Below, piece after piece: positions 27,949 through 33,649 of a stretch of DNA of 33,649 bases. Within the stretch, counting starts at the first letter, position 1; each line of letters begins with the position of its first letter. Origin of the DNA: Nanobdellota archaeon (GTDB lineage: Archaea; Nanobdellota; Nanobdellia; Pacearchaeales; GW2011-AR1); contig DAHXOU010000045.1 in the NCBI GenBank assembly GCA_027364705.1, forward strand, positions 1 to 33,649. The letters are read 5' to 3'. The notes beneath the pieces are model-generated. The model saw only the letters and a list, made by a program, of their open reading frames with translations. It was not told where the DNA came from and did no database searches. The position numbers were made by a program, and so were the translations under genes.

Positions 27949-28839
27949 ATGACACTCACATCAAGTCAAAAACAAAAAAGTATCAGGGCAGGAGAAATTG
28001 CTAAAGAAGTAAAAAAATGGATAAAACCCCAAATAAAAAAAGGAATGACTCTTTTAGAAATTGCAGAAAAGATTGAAGATAAAATAAGAGAACTAAAAGG
28101 GAAACCGGCTTTTCCAACAAACCTTTCAATAAATGAAATTGCTGCACATTACACTCCTTCTTACAGTGATGAAACAAAAGCAAATGGTTTATTAAAAGTA
28201 GATTTTGGAATTCACGTCGACGGCTGGATTGCAGACACAGCTTTTTCAGTTGATTTAGAAAACTCAGAAGAAAATAAAAAATTAATTGAAGCAAGCAAAG
28301 AAGCTTTGAAAAATGCAATTAAAGAAGTTGGAAAAAAAAGCTCACTTGGAGAAATTGGAAGAGTTATTCAAGAAACAATTGAATCTAAAAAATTTTCTCC
28401 GATAATAAATCTAACAGGACATCAGATGGAAGAGTATGAACTTCACGGAGAACAGACAATTCTAAATATAGAAAATTCAAGACAGGAAATTCTTGAAGAA
28501 GGTTTGTATGCAATTGAACCATTCGCAACAACAGGTTCTGGAAAAATTTACGAAGGAAAACAATCAGGAATTTATATTTTAATTAATGGAAAAAATGTCA
28601 GAAGCCCTGAAGCAAGAAAAGTTCTGGATTTTATCGGCGATGAATATCAGACTCTGCCATTCTGCTCAAGATGGATTGTAAAAAAATTTGGAACAAAATC
28701 CCTCTTCGCATTGAAACAATTAGAAGACAACGGAAATCTTCATCAATACCCGCAATTAGTTGAAGCATCTCACGCAAAAGTTTCACAAGCAGAAAACACA
28801 ATTCTCGTAGATGGCGGAGTTATTGTAACAACAGAATAA
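27949..28839 (+). CDS. map: Methionine aminopeptidase type II
   Basis: AFPTNLS.NE.AAHYTP, KVDFG.H.DG.IADTA, NLTGH, AIEPFAT, LPF..RW, SQAE.T. Confidence 0.97.
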   Translation: MTLTSSQKQKSIRAGEIAKEVKKWIKPQIKKGMTLLEIAEKIEDKIRELKGKPAFPTNLSINEIAAHYTPSYSDETKANGLLKVDFGIHVDGWIADTAFSVDLENSEENKKLIEASKEALKNAIKEVGKKSSLGEIGRVIQETIESKKFSPIINLTGHQMEEYELHGEQTILNIENSRQEILEEGLYAIEPFATTGSGKIYEGKQSGIYILINGKNVRSPEARKVLDFIGDEYQTLPFCSRWIVKKFGTKSLFALKQLEDNGNLHQYPQLVEASHAKVSQAENTILVDGGVIVTTE

Positions 28840-28841
28840 AA

Positions 28842-29030
28842 CTATATTCCGTATTTCTTTGAAACTTCAGATTCACAAGTAGGGCAACAACCATCACTAA
28901 TATTTTTGTAAAGATTCAAACTCAGCTCATAAAGTTCAGGGTCTTCTTTTTCAGACAACCATCTATCTTTATCGTCGATTAAAATACTTTTACAATAAGC
29001 ACATCTTGTTAATATTTTTTCAATTGTCAT
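28842..29030 (-). CDS. Small zinc-finger-like microprotein
   Basis: CAYCK...W...ISDGCCPTC, two CxxC pairs. Confidence 0.68.
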   Translation of the reverse strand: MTIEKILTRCAYCKSILIDDKDRWLSEKEDPELYELSLNLYKNISDGCCPTCESEVSKKYGI

Positions 29031-29036
29031 TTTTTT

Positions 29037-29099
29037 ATCAGGCGTGACCCAAATTTAAAGGGAAGGTTAAGCGAAGGAAACCGATTAGGTGTCCTCGCT
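29037..29099. repeat. Structured intergenic element, copy 2
   Basis: Homologous to 25817-25877; hairpin AGCG-A-AGGA-A-ACC-GATTA-GGT-G-TCCT-CGCT. Confidence 0.75.
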
Positions 29100-31403
29100 C
29101 TATCCTAAATAACTATTATCCATAGGAATTGCTGCTTTAGCAGATTTCAGATAAGTTTCTTCAATTTTTTTGTATAAATCAATAGTTGACTTTGTAACAC
29201 TTGGTTTTATTTTTTTCAGCGCTTCTTCAAAATGTTTTTTCTTTACTTGTTTGGAATTAATATCTTCTCTCAATGCAAAATAAGCTGCTTCTCTTGCAAC
29301 TGCTTCCAAATCAGCACCAGTATATCCGCTTGTATCTTTTGCTATTTCTTTCAAATCAACATCTTTTGCAAGAGGCATTTTCTTAGTGTGAATTCCCAAG
29401 ATATTCAGTCTTCCGTCGTCTTCTGGAGCATTTACTAAAAGTATTTTATCAAATCTTCCAGGCCTTAATAATGCAGTGTCCAACATATCAGGACGATTAG
29501 TTGCTCCGATAACAATAACATCATTCAAATCTTCAAGCCCATCCATCTCAGCAAGCATTTGATTCAAAACTCTTTCAGTAACTTTAGTTCCTGTTTCCAT
29601 TCCTCTCCGTCCTGCAAGTGAATCAATCTCGTCGAAGAAAACAACGCAAGGTGCAACTTGTCGAGCTCTCTCGAAAATTTTTCTCATTCCTTCTTCAGAT
29701 TTACCAACCCACATACTCAATAATGAAGGTCCTTTAACTTGAATAAAATTAGCTTCTGATTCTTTAGCAACTGCTTTAGCCAAAAGAGTTTTACCTGTTC
29801 CAGGAGGCCCGTAAAGTAAAATACCTCTCGAAGGTCTTATTCCCATTCTCTCAAAACTATCAGCATATTTCATCGGCCATTCAACTGCTTCTTTCAATTC
29901 TTGTTTAACACTATCTAATCCTCCGACGCTATTCCATTCAACATTTGGAGTTTCAACTAAAACTTCTCTCATTGCACTTGGTCTGACTGTCTTTAATGCA
30001 TCAACAAAATCTTCATGATTGACAATTAATTTTTCAAGAATTTCAGCAGGTATCTTTTCTTCTCCTTCAAGTTTCATTTGAGGAAGAATTTTTCTCAAAA
30101 CAATAATCGCAGCTTCTTTAGTTAAAGATTCTAAATCAGCACCAACAAAACCATGAGTCAGAGAAGCAATCTCGTCGAGATTTACTTTCTTATCCATCGG
30201 CATGTTTCTTGTGTGAATTTTCAAAACCTGAAGTCTTCCTCCTTTTCCTGGAACACCAACTTCAAGTTCTCTGTCAAATCGTCCTGGTCTTCTCAAAGCA
30301 GCGTCGAGAGCATTGGGTCTGTTAGTTGCACCAATTACAACAACCTTTCCTCTACTTTTCAGACCATCCATCATAGTCAGCAACTGTGAAACAACTCTCC
30401 TCTCAACTTCTCCCTGAACATCTTCTCTCTTAGGAGCAATAGCATCAATCTCGTCGATAAAAATAATCGCAGGAGCAGTCTTCTCAGCTTCTTCAAAAAT
30501 ATCTCTTATCTTTTTTTCAGACTCTCCGTAAAACTTCGACATAATTTCTGGGCCATTAAGTAAAATAAAATTTGCCTCCGATTCATTTGCAACTGCTTTA
30601 GCCAAAAGAGTTTTACCAGTTCCAGGAGGTCCGTGAAGTAAAATTCCTTTTGGAGGTTCAATTCCCAATCTCTCAAAAATCTCTGGATGTTTTAATGGGA
30701 TTTCGACAAGCTCTCTGATTTTTTTAATTTCATCAGTTAAACCACCTATATCTTCATAAGTAATCTCAGGAATTTTCTCGTCGGAAAGTTCAACTGCTTT
30801 TGAATTTAAAGTAACTTCGGTATTTTCAGAAATGTAAACCGGCTGAGAAGGATTTGTGCTGATAACGACAAATTTAATCTGAGTTATTCCTCCACCGAGA
30901 TTTCCAAAACCCATTCCTCCAAAAAGTTCTCCTAAATTTCCGAATATATCATCCATATCACCAAACTCTTCAGACATCAAATCTCTTCTCCTTTGAACTC
31001 CACCAAGAACAACAATGTCTCCTTTCAAAACTGCTCTACCAAGAAGTCCTCTTCGCAAATTGTCAGAATCTGCTTGAATCATAATTCCTTTTTGTGCAGG
31101 AGCAATTACAATTTTTTTAGCTTCCTTAACTTCTGCTTTGCTAATTGTTACTAAATCTCCAATTCCTGTTCTTGCATTTTTTCTAAGAATACCGTCGATT
31201 CTGATAATTCCTTCACCAAGATCTGCAGGGTAAGCTCTGTCAACGATTGCAATAGTCTCTCTGTTTCCTTTAATGATTATTCTGTCTCCTCTTCGCAAAT
31301 CTAATTGTCGCATTATTTCAGAATCTATTCTTGCAATTCCTTTATACGCATCGTCCTGCATTGCTTCGACGACCTTAAGTTGAATTTGTTTTTCTTTTGC
31401 CAT
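29100..31403 (-). CDS. cdc48: Cdc48/VAT AAA+ ATPase
   Basis: N domain, two GPPGTGKT Walker A, IDEID/FDEID Walker B, two ALxRPGRFD motifs. Confidence 0.98.
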   Translation of the reverse strand: MAKEKQIQLKVVEAMQDDAYKGIARIDSEIMRQLDLRRGDRIIIKGNRETIAIVDRAYPADLGEGIIRIDGILRKNARTGIGDLVTISKAEVKEAKKIVIAPAQKGIMIQADSDNLRRGLLGRAVLKGDIVVLGGVQRRRDLMSEEFGDMDDIFGNLGELFGGMGFGNLGGGITQIKFVVISTNPSQPVYISENTEVTLNSKAVELSDEKIPEITYEDIGGLTDEIKKIRELVEIPLKHPEIFERLGIEPPKGILLHGPPGTGKTLLAKAVANESEANFILLNGPEIMSKFYGESEKKIRDIFEEAEKTAPAIIFIDEIDAIAPKREDVQGEVERRVVSQLLTMMDGLKSRGKVVVIGATNRPNALDAALRRPGRFDRELEVGVPGKGGRLQVLKIHTRNMPMDKKVNLDEIASLTHGFVGADLESLTKEAAIIVLRKILPQMKLEGEEKIPAEILEKLIVNHEDFVDALKTVRPSAMREVLVETPNVEWNSVGGLDSVKQELKEAVEWPMKYADSFERMGIRPSRGILLYGPPGTGKTLLAKAVAKESEANFIQVKGPSLLSMWVGKSEEGMRKIFERARQVAPCVVFFDEIDSLAGRRGMETGTKVTERVLNQMLAEMDGLEDLNDVIVIGATNRPDMLDTALLRPGRFDKILLVNAPEDDGRLNILGIHTKKMPLAKDVDLKEIAKDTSGYTGADLEAVAREAAYFALREDINSKQVKKKHFEEALKKIKPSVTKSTIDLYKKIEETYLKSAKAAIPMDNSYLG

Positions 31404-31404
31404 T

Positions 31405-31764
31405 TTATTTTTTATTTAATTTAGTTTCTTCAGTAAAATTTAAACTAAGTTTTCCTATATCTTCAAAACATAATCTAACCATATCATTCATTATTTTTTC
31501 CTGCTCTTTCATAAACGAAACAATTTCTTTCGGAATTGAAACTGCATAACTGTTTCCTACAAGTCTCATCTTGACATGAAATTCTTTGTTTTTCAAGTTT
31601 ACGAATTTGTTGTACTCATTTTCGTCAGCAGGATGAATTATTTTCTCCCCGCATTTAGGGCAGACAACTGCTCTGAATAAAAAATTATTCTTTACAATTT
31701 TTGCTTTCTGCATTTGAGTATTGCATTTGTTGCATAAGATTGTGTTATCAAAAATGTCTGACAT
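31405..31764 (-). CDS. Zn-ribbon plus AbrB/MazE-type DNA-binding protein
   Basis: CNKC...CPKCGE followed by VKMRLVGNSYAVSIPKEI; stop 1 nt before the cdc48 start. Confidence 0.82.
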   Translation of the reverse strand: MSDIFDNTILCNKCNTQMQKAKIVKNNFLFRAVVCPKCGEKIIHPADENEYNKFVNLKNKEFHVKMRLVGNSYAVSIPKEIVSFMKEQEKIMNDMVRLCFEDIGKLSLNFTEETKLNKK

Positions 31765-31772
31765 GAGTATAA

Positions 31773-31800
31773 AGCCGCACTTACCTTGTAAGATACGGCT
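31773..31800 (-). promoter_or_regulatory. 5'-UTR hairpin upstream of AbrB-cdc48 operon
   Basis: Minus strand AGCCGUA-U-CUUAC-AAG-GUAAG-UGCGGCU, 12 bp including one G-U. Confidence 0.6.
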
Positions 31801-31814
31801 GGTTGAAAGGGGTT

Positions 31815-31863
31815 AATGTGTGTGTACACATTTAGTATACACATAACATATATACTATATAAA
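31815..31863 (-). promoter_or_regulatory. TATA box plus two inverted repeats (candidate operators)
   Basis: AATGTGT-N4-ACACATT (31815-31832), TAGTATA-N11-TATACTA (31833-31857), minus-strand TTTATATA (31856-31863). Confidence 0.6.
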
Positions 31864-31906
31864 TATTTCCGTGATGGAGTAATAATAAAAAATTGATTAA
31901 AGATTA

Positions 31907-32347
31907 TTAACCAAGTCTTATCTCTTTTATTTTTTCAAGAATTTCTTTTCTCTTGTCGCTGGTAAGTCTTTTATCGAGGATAGGATAGAAATCATCTATC
32001 TCTCTCCCTTCATGTTTAAATAAAAGTTCTCGGAGAATTGAAGTGTTCGGTCTTATTCCATCGCCAATTTCTTCATCAAAATTATCTATTATTTTTCTTA
32101 TATCTTTATGGTCGTTGAGTAAACCCTGAATCTGATTAAGTTCTTTTTTGTTGGTTGAATCAACAACAGGAAAAATATTTTCCTCCTCAATAAAAAGATG
32201 TTTGTTAAGATTCCATTTGAACAAATTAAACAATTTTACAAATTGGTAAATATCATCTTCAGAAATTTTTTCAGAATCTTCAAGAAATTTATTTACAATT
32301 TGGTGTTGCTTTAACATTGCTAATGTTATTGGTCCCATTTCTGTCAT
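31907..32347 (-). CDS. Hemerythrin-like (HHE) domain protein
   Basis: H...HLFIEEENIFP...H...HEGRE...YP two HxxxE repeats. Confidence 0.88.
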   Translation of the reverse strand: MTEMGPITLAMLKQHQIVNKFLEDSEKISEDDIYQFVKLFNLFKWNLNKHLFIEEENIFPVVDSTNKKELNQIQGLLNDHKDIRKIIDNFDEEIGDGIRPNTSILRELLFKHEGREIDDFYPILDKRLTSDKRKEILEKIKEIRLG

Positions 32348-32397
32348 ACCGAATATAAGATTGAAAGATTTATAAAATTATATTCCCAAAGAGTCTG

Positions 32398-33063
32398 ATG
32401 AATTTTAAAAAGGGGTTTTTGAGTTTTAAGAATGGTTTTAAGAAATTCTGGTTTCTGTTATGGAAAGATAACAGTCTGAAAGGCTGGATTTTTTCTCTGG
32501 TATTTTTATTCGTGTTCATAAAATTTATTTTTTTCCCATTGTTAAGTCTTTTGACTGGAACTGCTTTGCCTCTTGCAATAGTCGAATCGTGCAGTATGTA
32601 TCACGAAGGAAATTTCTTCTCAAATTTTAATGATTGGTATGACGGGCATGAATCAAAATACGCTGGAATAAATATAACCAAAGAACAATTTGAAGATTTC
32701 TCTCTCCGACGAGGATTTAGTAAAGGAGATATATTATTTATCATCGGAGCAAATACTGAAAAATTAAAAATTGGTGATATAATTTTATTTAATTCAGGAA
32801 ATCAGGGAACCCCAATAATTCACAGAATAATTAAGATAAGAGAAGAAAACGGAGAAAAAATTTTCACAACAATGGGAGACAACAATAATCAAATATTAAT
32901 TCCAAGTAATAATCCAGGGGGAGTTGATGAACGTGAAATAAACTCAGACCAAGTCGTCGGAAAAGCAGTATTTAGATTAACTCCGTGGTTTGGCTGGGCA
33001 AAGCTTATATTTTTTGAAGGATTAAAACCAGAATCTGAAAGAGGATTCTGTAAAGAGAATTAG
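32398..33063 (+). CDS. sec11: Signal peptidase I, archaeal Sec11 type
   Basis: TM anchor, V.S.SM, KGD, GDII.F, PIIHR, T.GDNN, GK. Confidence 0.9.
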   Translation: MNFKKGFLSFKNGFKKFWFLLWKDNSLKGWIFSLVFLFVFIKFIFFPLLSLLTGTALPLAIVESCSMYHEGNFFSNFNDWYDGHESKYAGINITKEQFEDFSLRRGFSKGDILFIIGANTEKLKIGDIILFNSGNQGTPIIHRIIKIREENGEKIFTTMGDNNNQILIPSNNPGGVDEREINSDQVVGKAVFRLTPWFGWAKLIFFEGLKPESERGFCKEN

Positions 33064-33105
33064 GAAAGTTTTTAAATAAAAATAAGGTAAAGAACAAATA
33101 ACAAA

Positions 33106-33414
33106 ATGGATTTTTGTCCCAAGTGTGGTGCGGTCCTTGTTCAGAAAAAAACAAGGGAAGGATGTCCTCGATGTAGTTACACAGCTAAGGGAAAAATAAA
33201 AATATGTTCATCAGAAAAAATTGAAGACAAAGGAGAAGGAATAGAAGTGATAAAAAAAGACGTGCAAGCATTCCCTATCGTTTCTGAAAAATGCAAAAAA
33301 TGCGGACATGATAAAGCATATTTCTGGACAGTTCAAACACGTTCTGGCGACGAAGCAGAAACAAAATTCTTCAGATGTGTCAAGTGTGAACATACTTGGC
33401 GAGAATATCGCTGA
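33106..33414 (+). CDS. tfs: Transcription factor S
   Basis: FCPKCG, CPRC, CKKCGH..A.FW..QTRSGDE..T.FF.C..C.H.WREY. Confidence 0.96.
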   Translation: MDFCPKCGAVLVQKKTREGCPRCSYTAKGKIKICSSEKIEDKGEGIEVIKKDVQAFPIVSEKCKKCGHDKAYFWTVQTRSGDEAETKFFRCVKCEHTWREYR

Positions 33415-33471
33415 TTAGCAGATAATAGTTAATTTCTAATTATATATCTTAAATAAATAATAAATATAAAA

Positions 33472-33546
33472 TGGCCCCGATGGGATTTGAACCCACGACA
33501 CCCAGATTAAGAGTCTGGTGCTCTAACCAAGCTGAGCTACGAGGCC
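33472..33546 (-). tRNA. tRNA-Lys(CTT)
   Basis: Reverse complement GGCCTCG...CCAGA-CTCTTAA-TCTGG...GTGGG-TTCAAAT-CCCAT-CGGGGCC-A. Confidence 0.96.
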
Positions 33547-33649
33547 ATTATTAAAATAATCTTATAATACTTTAAAAACTATTCTTTTTAATATTTCAAC
33601 AACCTTTATATATTTCTTAAGCTATTTTGAGAATAGAGAGGAAAGATGG

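Noticed and set aside
25817-29099. Repeat element as a hammerhead or HDV/theta ribozyme (CTGA..GAAAC..GTC; TCCTCGC resembles HDV L3)
   Set aside because: CUGANGA core is broken (CTGAGCA, GTGACCC), the stem III register gives a GUG triplet, and I found no P1/P2/P1.1 nested pseudoknot
30890-30995. Gly/Phe/Asp-rich insertion in the Cdc48 N domain
   Set aside because: Low-complexity loops at this position are common in archaeal Cdc48 proteins and its codon use is host-like
16096-31403. Inteins in RFC, PolB or Cdc48
   Set aside because: Protein lengths are normal and the usual insertion motifs are uninterrupted
2096-33393. Numerous 60-150 aa antisense or alternate-frame ORFs in the track (e.g. 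11750-12145, 17964-18419, 23431-23814)
   Set aside because: Fully nested in well-supported genes, Phe/Ser/Ile-rich shadow composition, no motifs
33646-33649. Start of a further gene at the window edge
   Set aside because: Only ATG-G and an upstream TTTATATA are visible; product cannot be called

Overview
AT-rich (roughly 30% GC by eye), very compact archaeal chromosome segment, most consistent with a DPANN archaeon (Pacearchaeota/Woesearchaeota-like; inferred from archaeal-type PheRS, RFC, Fen1, PolB, Cdc48, TFS, reduced Rpp30, mostly leaderless TATA promoters). It carries housekeeping genes (pyrH partial, rpp30, pheST, acdAB, nth, eL41, rfcSL, trm5-like, fen, polB, RsmB/NOP2 and NIP7-like, map, cdc48, sec11, tfs), four tRNAs (Thr-GGT, Gln-CTG, Glu-CTC with a 132-nt intron, Lys-CTT), an accessory PadR/M28 peptidase/class II UvrA operon and many small membrane proteins. 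No CRISPR array, transposase, integrase or intein was seen. The most unusual signals are non-coding: (1) a ~62-nt structured element present twice (25817-25877, 29037-29099) whose 3' end also recurs just before tRNA-Thr; (2) strong window-wide over-representation of CGACGA/TCGTCG; (3) a multi-hairpin tRNA-Glu intron with internal complements of the anticodon loop; (4) an in-frame G-quadruplex-bearing insertion in pheT; (5) a structured leader and operator-like repeats in front of a Zn-ribbon/AbrB gene plus cdc48.
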